From Amphiscolops sp. MND2022 (Eukaryota), in contig OZ076409.1 in NCBI GenBank assembly GCA_964187785.1, forward strand, positions 29,142,001-29,206,000: DNA of 64,000 nucleotides, in the 5' to 3' direction. The notes beneath the pieces were generated by a model. It was given only the letters and a program-made list of their open reading frames with translations, did no database searches and was not told where the DNA came from. The translations under genes were made by a program, and so were the position numbers. The first letter of the stretch is position 1; the number at the start of each line of letters is the position of its first letter. Of the stretch, positions 34,626 through 45,310 are shown in pieces.

Positions 34626-35702
34626 TTTTTTAGTCGGCGCCTTTTCCCTTAAGGAAAAAAGCCCGACTCTTACAGTGAGTAGTTTTTTTTTGTTTTTTTT
34701 TCAGTTGACAATCTCACTCTGAGTGGTCCACTTTTCTTACAATCTTTGTTCACATTTGTTCACATTTGTTCAACTAACTTTCTGAGAAGCAGGGGATCGT
34801 GGGTTCGATTCTCGCACTAAACCACAAATTTTTTATGCTTCCAAAAGTAGATGCGAGACCAAAGCTTTGTTTCGTTTCGTTTGATTTTTTTCGTTTTTTT
34901 CGGCACTATGCGACTTTTTTTTCGAAAATTTTCGGAATCTATCAATTGCATTTTTTTTGAAGTTTTCGGTTTGTAAAAACGTTTAATGAGCCTGAATGGC
35001 CTCTTTTTGAGTTTTTCGGCATTGTGCGACTTTCTAAAAAAATACTTTTTTTCGAAAAAAAATTTCAAATTTTTTTTGAAAAAAATAATTTTTCCAAATG
35101 TTTCCAATAGTTGTTCCTTGAATATTTTTGAGCCTAAGATATGGCGCCGACTTGGGACGTTCCCGTCTTGTTTTTTCTTCAGACTACAATCCTCACACTG
35201 ATCGGTCCACTTTTCTTACAATTCTTACAATCTTAAAATCTTACAATTCTTACTTAGCAAATTTAAATAAAATACTTTAAAAGCTTGCGGAGTAGTATTT
35301 TTACATCATCTAAGAAACTCAAAGGGACCAAAGGGACTTAGAGTATTTTCGGCTCTGTGAGACTTTTTTTCGAAAAAAATTTTTTCCCAAAGGGTCCCCC
35401 CTTCAATTTTTTTGGAGTTTTCCGACAGAACGGATGTTGAAAAATCCCAAAGGGTCCCCCCTTTCAGTTTTTTCGGGCATTGTGAGACTTTAAAAAAAAT
35501 TTTTTCACCAAAAGTGCCCCTCCTTCAATTTTTTTGATGATTTGCGACAGAATGGATGAAAAATTTCAAAGTGTCGCCTCTGGTGTGCCAATTCGGTTCA
35601 ACTTTTGGGTTTTTCCGGTACCGTAGAAGAGAATACTTGAAAGTCCTTTTGCTGTTTTTGAGCCTTAGATATGGCGCCGACTTGGGCCGTTCCCGGCTTG
35701 TT
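34626..35702 (+). mobile_element. Two tandem HINE-like family 1 copies (34626-35172 and 35173-35702)
   Basis: Same subTIR and 3' hairpin/CTTGTT ends at 35172 and 35702; microsatellites (TTTGTTCACA)n and (TCTTACAA)n after the 5' region. Confidence 0.7.
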
Positions 35703-35748
35703 TTGAAAAAAGGTAAGCAAATTTAGAAAAAATGTAAGAAGATTTGAC

Positions 35749-35867
35749 CAGTTTGACTCTGCTCCACATGGCGATCATGACGAGCAGCAAGACGGTGGTA
35801 AGAATGGTGGCCACGATCGCATATGCGAAGAAGGCAGTGACATCATCTTCTTCCTCCTTGGTACGAT
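35749..35867 (-). CDS. SLC44A1: SLC44/CTL1-like exon
   Basis: RTKEEEDDVTAFFAYAIVATILTTVLLLVMIAMWSRVKL; ttttcag acceptor; donor GTCAAA is weak but phase 0 joins VIALF of the next exon. Confidence 0.85.
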
Positions 35868-37334
35868 CTGAAAACAGAATTAGATTTGTGAAGAGTCAAT
35901 GACTCATTTTGAAACACGTCAGCACAACTGGAGACAAGAAGCAAACAGTCAACGGCAGAAAAGATACAGCTGCGCAATCAGAAGACTTAGCCATTTTAAG
36001 ATAGTGGACTTTCTAAAAACTTATCATATGGATAGTCGGTCAAATTGTTCGGAGATTAAACCATCGTTCGTAGACATAGCTTTGTACCAAGATCATGGCA
36101 CATCATGGGGGCATGAAACACTTTCAAAGCCATAAGCCGAGTTTCATGACATTCCATTCTTACCAGGACTGCCGTGACAAAATAAATTCGATTTTCGATT
36201 TTAGGTTTTACTCTTTAGATCTTATTGCGTACCCTTGTCAAACTGATGTTCCGTGTAGAATTTCCTCTACATTTTTTCTGACTAACATATATATGATCTC
36301 GCTTCACCATAGAAGTTTTGGTGCCTGTTTTGGCAAGCGCTCCACGTCTTCGAACATGAGGAGATAGTGACTGACGGTCAACAAATAAATTTAGTCATGC
36401 TAGGAAATTTATCTGGCAAAATTACTCTGGTAAAAAAATGCTTTTTTTCTCAAGCATGGTCCACATGCTTCTCAGTTCAGTCACAATTAGAGTGCTAATA
36501 ATAAATTTAATATCAACTTTGCTTATTAAAATATTACGGCTTATTATTGCAGTAATTTCAACTTGAGGCGTTGTTGACCTTGCCAAAAAATTAATTTTGC
36601 AGCTTCTTCAAGTGACATTTGTGAATATATTCAAAAGAGTTTGCATTGACTTGGAAAATATGCTACTTAAAGTCTAACATCCAAGATAATTTGTTTAAAA
36701 AAACTCCTTGTTTCTTTCATTTAGCTCTCTTTTTAATGCACTCTTCAGTGGATTCTAAATATGTGGCACCGTCACGGTTTGCTTAATTTATCATTTGAGA
36801 CCAGATGATCAAAATTGAATGGGAAGAAAAAATATCTCTGTCAATTCCCCAAATCAATGATTTTCCTCTGTACACTAAACAAACAAATTCAATTTGTTTC
36901 TAACTGCTAACAAAAAATGACGCTGGAACATGCACGAAACAATGCATTCACATGCTTGGGAACTTCTGCGGCATGGTGTCATATTGAGCGGGAATTCACA
37001 AGTGTTATAAAGACACTTGTTTGTAAACATGTCTGCAGTCTAGTTTGACTTCAGATGCGCTCAAACGAAAATTTGAGAAGCTCTTAATTTTGAAGTCATG
37101 TTGTTTCATCCTGGCGTTAATTCCGGCAGTTTTTTCATCCCAAGCCAAGTGCTCATAGCAAAGAAAATTACTTAAGAAGTTCATTCTTTTCAAGAATCCC
37201 AGAAAATGGAAAGACTTATTAATAAGTTCTAATCGAAAGTTTCAAAAGAAAAACCAGACAACCAATTACATCTATCAAGCAAGAAGTTCAATAGTTTTAC
37301 AAAACAGCAGTTCTAACATATTTGGTTCACTTAC

Positions 37335-37352
37335 CAGGTTTTCCTTCATCTA
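37335..37352 (-). CDS. Candidate 18-nt micro-exon of the SLC44 gene
   Basis: ttacag acceptor, perfect GTAAGT donor, phase 1/1, encodes DEGKP in frame with the next exon. Confidence 0.4.
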
Positions 37353-38261
37353 CTGTAATTAGGTTTGAAGACATTGAGAGAAAGTATAAATACTACCGAG
37401 AGAGACAGTAATGCAAAAATGACCTTGATAGATTTTTAAATTTAAGTCAACTTCAAAAGTCCAATTCATACTAATACTGTTCAACCTAACAGTATATAAC
37501 TGTAACTTCTCCCGCTTTGTTATTTAGAATGGATTTCTTAGTTTTCATTTTATGATGGCAATTAAGTGTTTTTAAAAAGATTTATAAATAGTTTTTTGAT
37601 GATGGAAAGGTGTCATCCACTTTTTTTGACAAATATAGAGTTTGACGAACTATAGTTATTTGAAAACTTCAAGCTCCACTGTGAGAACATTCATGATTTC
37701 GGGGGTCATTTCGTGATCTGTCAGAGATGGGACCCTGTGGTAACAGAGTTCGTAACCTGGGGACAGATGTGGCACCAGACGAATAACTCACGCTTTAGAA
37801 TTTATGATTTTGAACAAATTCAACTCGAAATTCATGTTCGCTTTTTTGGTGTTAGTTTTCGCTGTTCTCTAACATCTCTATGGGTTTCCTTTACTTCTCC
37901 GAGAAAAACTTAAGCCTTGACTTACGTTAGTTTTCATGGTGCTAAAATTACATGGTCGGTTGCTAGTTTGATATAGAATGCCAACTAATTTCGTTTTTTT
38001 TTTCAGTTATCTGTTTTCCCTGGCATTCTGTCTAACTGAGCATTCCCTAGTTGAAAAAATTTAAATCGTTTGCAAATCTTAAATTATTTGACACTAACTA
38101 TTACAAAATTCTTAGAAAGTTTGCGAATTTCAGCTAATAATGGTACAAAAATGAATATTTTTTTTACAAAACTCTTGCAAAATTTGCATCATTCGACTTG
38201 AGGAAAAACTAAAAAAACGTATACTGAAAAAACTTAATAATTAGAAAAACATTCTGCAATC

Positions 38262-40151
38262 TGTCACAGCCCCGACTGAGCTGCGAGTATTGCAACAAAC
38301 ACAACCCAGTCTTCGAAGAATAAATTGGAAAAAGAACAAAAGAAGAGGAAATAGACAGCGAACAAACAATCAGAAACAAAGGAGCTAAACAATATAAATT
38401 TGAAGTTAAATTAATAAATATATGCATATTAGTATTATTATCATAATATTGTACACTTATATAAAAACGTACTTACGGAATAACGGAGCTATTTGCGCAG
38501 TTAATAATAATACAATACTATGCACCGCTCAGTGAATGAACTGAGAAATCGAAGGCGGAACTGAGGCCTGGCAGCCGGCCTCAAATACTCGCACTGAAGC
38601 GGCGGCCTGGCAGGCAGCCTGAGAATTGCAACCTCAGCGGATTAATATGCAAGCGCGCGCTATAGTGAAGACATGTAAATGAACCAATGTCTAGTGCAGT
38701 GATTTATTAACAATACGAATGCAAATATACCAACAATTGAGATTACTGTGCTAACTTAATAGAACATCACGTACCACGGCCTGGGATGCGGCCTGAGAAT
38801 TAATTACGATAAATCAATCACGAAAGTGAAAGATGATGATGCTACCATGTAACTTTGTCTCAAAATGAAGCCAGAGATTATTATCTATGATCTTAAACTA
38901 TATTGTAGTTTAAAATATTACATATAACGTTCTTTTACATGTAAATGTTGATTAATCTATAAAGAGGCCTGAACCGCGGCCTGAACCAAAGATTTAGTAC
39001 CGAATATTAAACCAAGTGTTAATAACATGCATATCCTGTTCCCTGAATCTGTTGTCGTTCAATTGCATTAAATACCTTTCCGAACAATATATCTGATGCT
39101 GTTTATAATTAATAGTTGCTTTACCCACTGAACATATTTGTCCGTCCCGGACTATGGCCTGGGACCAGGCTTTGTGTTATTAACCAAAATCAGAGCTACA
39201 AATACTGTAGAAGCAATTCTACTCTTTCATTTGAAGCCTAATGTGTAATCTGTGTTAAATTTCATTCAAATTGTTGCTGATTTATTTAATTTAGGGAAAT
39301 ATTTGTAAAGAAAATTGGTTGTCATCATTTTTTTCCCAAATTTGTGCTGTTAATCAATCTTATTCAGTGAGTCATTGCGCGTGTCGTTGATAATTTTTTC
39401 AGTTCGGCATCCTGAAGAGGCGGGAAATTGGAGGCGAAGGGAAGCGGAGTCGCAACTCAGGCCGGAAGTGGACGCGTGCTTTTCTTCGGAAAACATGAAC
39501 AAGCTGAAAGCCTGAGTTCGACAAAGCGGAACCGAACTTCCTGTTTCCCTGCCTCGGACGGACGCCGGACTGAACAAAATGTGAAGTATGTTCGTGTCTT
39601 TCCCCCGATTTCCGGGATGGAAAGTATAAATACAATGCGAGCTAGAAGCCATTTTTAGTAGTTGAATTTGTTATTTTGCGAAACAATTATCTTTCGTTTA
39701 ACGATAATTAAAAATCTTGAAACGTCACACTTTGTCACTTGAGAACTTGCTCTAATTTCCTTAAAAGAAAATCGAGAATTATCAAGACTAAGTAAGATGC
39801 CAGAACGTAGCTCCAAAAGAAAAGCCAGAAGGGATTCTCCTGTGAACTCTTTAGACGAACCTGAATCTTCTAGCATGAGAACTGAAAACACTGCTAGTTT
39901 GTCTGATAAGGATTTTACGGAATTATCTGAAAAGATAGAAAAATCTGTAAGTAAAAGAATCAAAGACGCGGAAGTCGGACAGCGCGAAATTCTGAAGATG
40001 ATAGAGAACCTGACTTCTAAAATCGATACGCTGACAGAGAGACCGTCTAACAACGTGCGTCATGGTCCCGACGACGAGGATGCGGAAAACACGGAATATA
40101 GGTATAGACTAGTTGAACCAAGTGATTTACTCCCGAATCACGGTCAACACA
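38262..40151 (+). repeat. 5' LTR of element B (1890 bp)
   Basis: Direct repeat of 52020-53925; starts TGTCACAG, ends CAACACA, followed by TGG. Confidence 0.96.
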
Positions 40152-40163
40152 TGGTGACAGGAG
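40152..40163 (+). promoter_or_regulatory. Primer binding site of element B (possibly tRNA-Leu)
   Basis: TGGTGACAGGAG directly after the 5' LTR, complementary to a tRNA 3' end CTCCTGTCACCA; tRNA identity uncertain. Confidence 0.7.
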
Positions 40164-41323
40164 TTACCACAACCCAGGACATACCCACCCGATCATCCAG
40201 CCTACCCCCGCCCAACATGAGATATCCAGACGATATCGTGGACAAACTGCTCGGATCCCTGAAGAATGCCACACAACAGAGCGCGGGACTGCCCAGACTC
40301 CCAAAGGCACTCTCAACAACCATGCCCACATTCGATGGCCGCAATGACAAATTCGAGCATTTCGAGGACCTGTTTATGACTAGCCTGAAAGTATATCCAA
40401 ACATCTCAGAGGAAGAGCAAATTCACTACTTCCACTCCCTCCTGAGAGGCGATGCCCTACAGACGTATTGCAATATGACAGACGCAAACCGCGCCAGTTT
40501 AGACGACATCATTACCACATTCCGAAGACGACACGTTCGCCCACAATCTATAGCCACCGCAAGATGTAAGTGGGAACAGCTTTACTTTGACCCGACTCGC
40601 CAAACCTTCCAAGACTTCCTGGAGCAATACCAGAAATTGGCACAGGAGGCATATGGTGACGACGCCCCAAAGTTCATAGAAACCTCATTCTATGCAAAAA
40701 TGCCAGCGCACTTAAAACGAGTCCTTAACCAGGCAAGACTCGAGACAGAGTCGTACGAACTGATGGTCCAACACCTGGAACGCGAGATGGAGTTAAACGG
40801 ACTCCTGGCCCCAAGCGAAACAAACATAACGGGAGTAATAATAATCGATGATTATAATGATATATAATGATAATAATGATAATCGGTACATAATCGATGT
40901 ACAAGATGCCCCACAACAAACCGCCAATCCACCCAAACCAGCAGGCCCGTGTTTCGGATGTGGCAACCCAGGACATGTAATAAAGAACTGCCGGAAAACT
41001 GCTCGAGAAGCCCGCAACCGAGGCAACAGGGCACCGACTAAAATAACAAACCCATGTGAAACCTGCGGCAAAAAGAGCCATACGACACAGGAATGTTATT
41101 CTGGCGCCAACTGGGCAAACAGACCCCAATGGTGGAAGACCCCTAAAGCAACTTCACCGAATAACATCCCGCTGCCACAGAATACACAAGGTCAGTACCC
41201 TCCAGACAATACACCAGTACATCAGCAGCCATATAACAACCAAACAAATAGCCAAACGGGCTACCAACCCATGCTCCCGCAGACCACTCAACCCCAAAAC
41301 CAAACCCACGAGTTCAGCCAATC

Positions 41324-41330
41324 AAAAAAC
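41324..41330 (+). promoter_or_regulatory. -1 ribosomal frameshift heptamer A AAA AAC at the gag/pol junction
   Basis: Heptamer in the gag frame immediately before TAA; pol is in the -1 frame; downstream hairpin CTGTCG-aaacc-CGACAG. Confidence 0.8.
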
Positions 41331-41335
41331 TAAAT

Positions 41336-44300
41336 ATGCCACATCTTCGATTTGGGGAGACTGTCGAAACCCGACAGTACACAACATCCGAACCCCCAAA
41401 TTCATATGACTACGAAAAGAACACCGAGCGACATGAAGAACCATCTCTCGACTGGCAGCGAAGATGGCAGATTCACAAACTCAATAAATATAATCGCCAA
41501 AACACCGCAAAGAAAGACTACCCTCAGTGGTACCTTGACAACCCGACTGCTTACAATACTCCTAAACGACCCCTACCAGAAAGCACTTCCCCTGAAACCT
41601 ACTTCCACGACTCTGACTTCAACTGCGACCCATACTATAACCCTCAACTATATGACAAGACGACCCTAACGTTCAAACAACAGGAATGCACGCCATTTGA
41701 AGAGTACATCAGAAAAACAGGGATGAATATCTCCACCGAGCCACGCTACAGGTCCAAAACCGTCCAACCTATCCCAGACTACAACCAGGACGCCGAACAC
41801 GTAACAGAAATCCTAGTTGATATCTCACAGAACAACGTCAAATCTATACTCAAGAACCAAGGATCCTCTACCATGGCTCCCCATTCTCCACCAAAAGATC
41901 AGCCAAGAAACCCTATCAGAGCCGGTATCATACGATCCCCAACAATGGACGTGGCACCAGACAGCCACCAACACAGAAACCTCACCGACAGGACCACGAT
42001 CGAAGCCGTGGACCTGACCTCACCTATACCCAATTCAGAGACCAACATCTCCAAACCAAAAACCAAACGAATAAAGAGATCTCTTCTCCTAGAACCCTTC
42101 GTTCAACACGAGACACAGTTCTCACCCACTATCCTCAATAGTCAGCTAGAAGATGAAATCGACACCGATCGACACATCATAGCTGACGCAACCAACATGC
42201 AGTCTGAATTCCCATCAGGTGCTGCAAACGGCACACCGCAACAGGACGTTCCCAAGTCCTACCTCCCTAAGCAGACTGCAGAATATCAGAGGAACAACCA
42301 AAGTCCAGTCAGAGAAATCAACGTTCTCACCTCTCTCTCCAGTAGGCAGACCGAAAACGAAGTCGAGGACCCTCGACCCCTCAACCCTGCCGCAACTAAT
42401 ACACAATCTGGATCCCCCACCGGTGTTGTAAACGACACACCACCCCAGGACGAACCCCAGTCCTACCCCCTAGCCCAGATTGTGGAATACCTCACGAGAG
42501 ACCCCATAACAAAAGAAGAGTGCATACCAATCTTTTCAGCAGTATCCCTCAAAAAGAAGAAGAAAATGCTCTTCGCCCCCATGGACTTCCAGGACTTGAC
42601 CCTGGACGCCCTTATCGACTCTGGCGCCCTTGTAAACTGCATCTCCGAAACCGATTACAATAAAATCCTCCAAATGTCCCCCAAAGACATTGTTAAAGAG
42701 TTGGAACCACCCCCTTTCAAACTCCAAGTCGCAAATGGCGACATTGAAACGCCTACCAAAACAATCATCCTCCAATTCGAAATCGGAGACTGGAATTTTA
42801 AGGAAACTTTTATCGTGGCCAAACGACTGACAGGCCCGATTCTTGGCCTCACGTTCCTTAAAAATAACAGCGCCATCCTGGACGTGAGCCAGGGCTTGCT
42901 ACACTTCCCCCACCTCACATATTCAATCGAAACCGACGAATATACCCGTAACAGGAAACTGTACAAAGTACAAATAAAGAACCCACTCACTATTCCCCCT
43001 GAAACGACACAAACAATAACAGGCTCCACAGATATCCCATCCAACGTCGACACAACCGGTGTCATCAACCCAGCCACCAACCACTGCAGTGGCGACCCCC
43101 TCGTGGTAGCCAGTTCAATCTCAACAGCCTCAAACCGAAAAATCGACATCAGAGTAACAAATACCACCCCTACACCCTATACCATCAAACGAAACACAAC
43201 AATAGCAGAATTCAAAATCCTGTCCCCCGAAGAGGCAAAAGAACTCAAACCACTCAACACAGCAGCACTCAAAGTGCTCGCTGAAGACGACTCCGAAGAT
43301 GCGATGGTGTACATCAACGAGCTCCTGAAAACCTCAGAAAAACCATCTCACAATCAAAACTTTTGGTTTCCCACACCAGACCACCCCGGAGACCCTGCTA
43401 CCCATACCCCGATCCAGAACCGAATTCTCCGAGAAATCAAAGAACTGGAAGAAATCCAGAAACTCGACCCCAACAACAGCGAAGAGGAACGAAAAACATT
43501 CCTCCAAAGCTTCAAATGGGACGATTCACAACTCTCCGAAGATGACAAGAAAGATATCGAAGAAATACTCATAGAGTTCAACGACATCTTTGCAAGACAT
43601 CGACTGGACATTGGAATCAACCATGATTTCAAAATCAAACTCACACCGAAAACAGACGACCCCGTCTACTCACAGAGTTTGCCCTGCCCCATTAACCTGA
43701 AAGAAGATCTGACGGTCGAATTGGCCCTAATGCATTACTTCGGGATTATAACCACGCTCCCGTTCAGCAAGTATGCCAGCCCCATTTTCGCCCAAAGGAA
43801 GCCAAACGGCCGCCTGCGCCTACTAGTCGACCTCAGGAAAATCAACAACCTGATATCTGATGGTTACATTAACAACAATCATCCAGTGAGCACACTAACA
43901 GACGCGGCGCAACACCTCGCCGGCAAGAAGTTGTTTTGCAAGCTTGATTGTTCACAAGCCTACCACGTGCTGCAAATGGCAGACCAGAAGTCCGTTCAAC
44001 TTCTAGCATTCAACTTCGCCAGCAGGACATTCGCGTACCTCAGGCTAGCCCAAGGCCTGAGCCGCTCATTGTCGTCCTTTTCAAGTTTCATGAGGGAATA
44101 CCTCGACAAGGCCATAAAGGCGGACAAATGCGCTCAGTACGTGGATGACATTGGAATCGCCACCAACACTCCCGAGGAGTTAAAGAACAACTTGAGAGAA
44201 GTTTTCCAATGCATCCGCGCAGCAGGACTCCGGCTCTCCATGGCCAAATGTCAGTTCGGCGCCAAGGAAGTCGAATTCCTTGGGCGAACAATTTCCCCAG

Positions 44301-45310
44301 CAGGGGTAGCACCCCAAAGCCACAAGATCCAGAAACACCTTCAGACCACCAAATTCCCCCGGACGAAGAAGGCACTTCAAAGATACATCGGCTTCGTAAA
44401 TTACTACAGAAACTACATTCCCCGATTATCAGAGAAGATTGCCCCATTCCATGAACTCATCAAATCAGACAAGCCAGTCAAGATAGATCAGGAACTCATA
44501 TCCAATTTCGAAGCTATCAACAAATCGTTAGACAACGCATGTGGCCTTTGGCTCAAACAGCCACTGCCAAACCGGCAGTACGTACTAATGACAGACGCAA
44601 GCTTCAGGAATGCCGGATATGCCTTGATGACGGAAGAAGACCCGGAGCAAAAGATAACCTCCACCAGGAACACTTACGCTCCAGTGGCATTTGGCTCTAA
44701 AACTTTTTCACCATCCCAGTTGAAGATGTCAACCTATGCCAAAGAATTCTTAGCTATCTATTTCGCTTTTATGGAATATAGTCACATCTTGTGGGGTTCA
44801 TCCAAACCGACTATTGTCTTAACCGACAATAAATCAGTCACCAGGTTTTTCCAAACCAAGATGATACCACCCTCCCTCTGGAATGCCTGCGATTTTGTAC
44901 TGCAATTTCACTTTAAAATCGCCCATGTGCCGGGAAGGATGAATACAGCAGCCGATTTCCTCTCCCGATTAGACATTAGCCCCAAAGAAAAAGTCCTTCT
45001 CCAAATCAGAGAAGACATCCAAACGACGCCGATCCAGGTAAACATACAATCCTCCGACATCCATGAAGAAGATCAATTCTATTTTTTACCAGAGGACGAT
45101 ACTGAGACCGAAGAAGACATTTGGGAGCGTAAACAACAAGCCAGGAAAGAGATCTACACACCCCATGACCAGAACTCCGACCCCAAGAGTGAAACTGTCA
45201 AACCATCTCCCAACCCGAGAACCTACCCTTGGTCTGCAACAACATCCACGACCCAGAGCAAGAACAGCGGCGCCAACTTCACAGTGACACAAGCTTCCCG
45301 CGCAGTCTGA
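41336..45310 (+). CDS. pol of element B: protease, RT, RNase H
   Basis: LIDSGA, ILGLTFL (PR); YVDD (RT); MTDAS (RNase H). Confidence 0.95.
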   Translation: MPHLRFGETVETRQYTTSEPPNSYDYEKNTERHEEPSLDWQRRWQIHKLNKYNRQNTAKKDYPQWYLDNPTAYNTPKRPLPESTSPETYFHDSDFNCDPYYNPQLYDKTTLTFKQQECTPFEEYIRKTGMNISTEPRYRSKTVQPIPDYNQDAEHVTEILVDISQNNVKSILKNQGSSTMAPHSPPKDQPRNPIRAGIIRSPTMDVAPDSHQHRNLTDRTTIEAVDLTSPIPNSETNISKPKTKRIKRSLLLEPFVQHETQFSPTILNSQLEDEIDTDRHIIADATNMQSEFPSGAANGTPQQDVPKSYLPKQTAEYQRNNQSPVREINVLTSLSSRQTENEVEDPRPLNPAATNTQSGSPTGVVNDTPPQDEPQSYPLAQIVEYLTRDPITKEECIPIFSAVSLKKKKKMLFAPMDFQDLTLDALIDSGALVNCISETDYNKILQMSPKDIVKELEPPPFKLQVANGDIETPTKTIILQFEIGDWNFKETFIVAKRLTGPILGLTFLKNNSAILDVSQGLLHFPHLTYSIETDEYTRNRKLYKVQIKNPLTIPPETTQTITGSTDIPSNVDTTGVINPATNHCSGDPLVVASSISTASNRKIDIRVTNTTPTPYTIKRNTTIAEFKILSPEEAKELKPLNTAALKVLAEDDSEDAMVYINELLKTSEKPSHNQNFWFPTPDHPGDPATHTPIQNRILREIKELEEIQKLDPNNSEEERKTFLQSFKWDDSQLSEDDKKDIEEILIEFNDIFARHRLDIGINHDFKIKLTPKTDDPVYSQSLPCPINLKEDLTVELALMHYFGIITTLPFSKYASPIFAQRKPNGRLRLLVDLRKINNLISDGYINNNHPVSTLTDAAQHLAGKKLFCKLDCSQAYHVLQMADQKSVQLLAFNFASRTFAYLRLAQGLSRSLSSFSSFMREYLDKAIKADKCAQYVDDIGIATNTPEELKNNLREVFQCIRAAGLRLSMAKCQFGAKEVEFLGRTISPAGVAPQSHKIQKHLQTTKFPRTKKALQRYIGFVNYYRNYIPRLSEKIAPFHELIKSDKPVKIDQELISNFEAINKSLDNACGLWLKQPLPNRQYVLMTDASFRNAGYALMTEEDPEQKITSTRNTYAPVAFGSKTFSPSQLKMSTYAKEFLAIYFAFMEYSHILWGSSKPTIVLTDNKSVTRFFQTKMIPPSLWNACDFVLQFHFKIAHVPGRMNTAADFLSRLDISPKEKVLLQIREDIQTTPIQVNIQSSDIHEEDQFYFLPEDDTETEEDIWERKQQARKEIYTPHDQNSDPKSETVKPSPNPRTYPWSATTSTTQSKNSGANFTVTQASRAV

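Larger units (their letters stand above)
39797..41333 (+). pseudogene. gag of element B (starts inside the LTR; frameshifted by an AT-rich insertion at ~40837-40895)
   Basis: MPTFDG capsid-like motif; knuckles CFGCGNPGHVIKNC and CETCGKKSHTTQEC; split into ORFs 39797-40867 and 40848-41333. Confidence 0.88.

Noticed and set aside
33430..35530. CRISPR-like array from recurring AAAGGGTCCCC motifs
   Set aside because: Irregular spacing, eukaryotic context, and the motifs are internal repeats of HINE-like elements.
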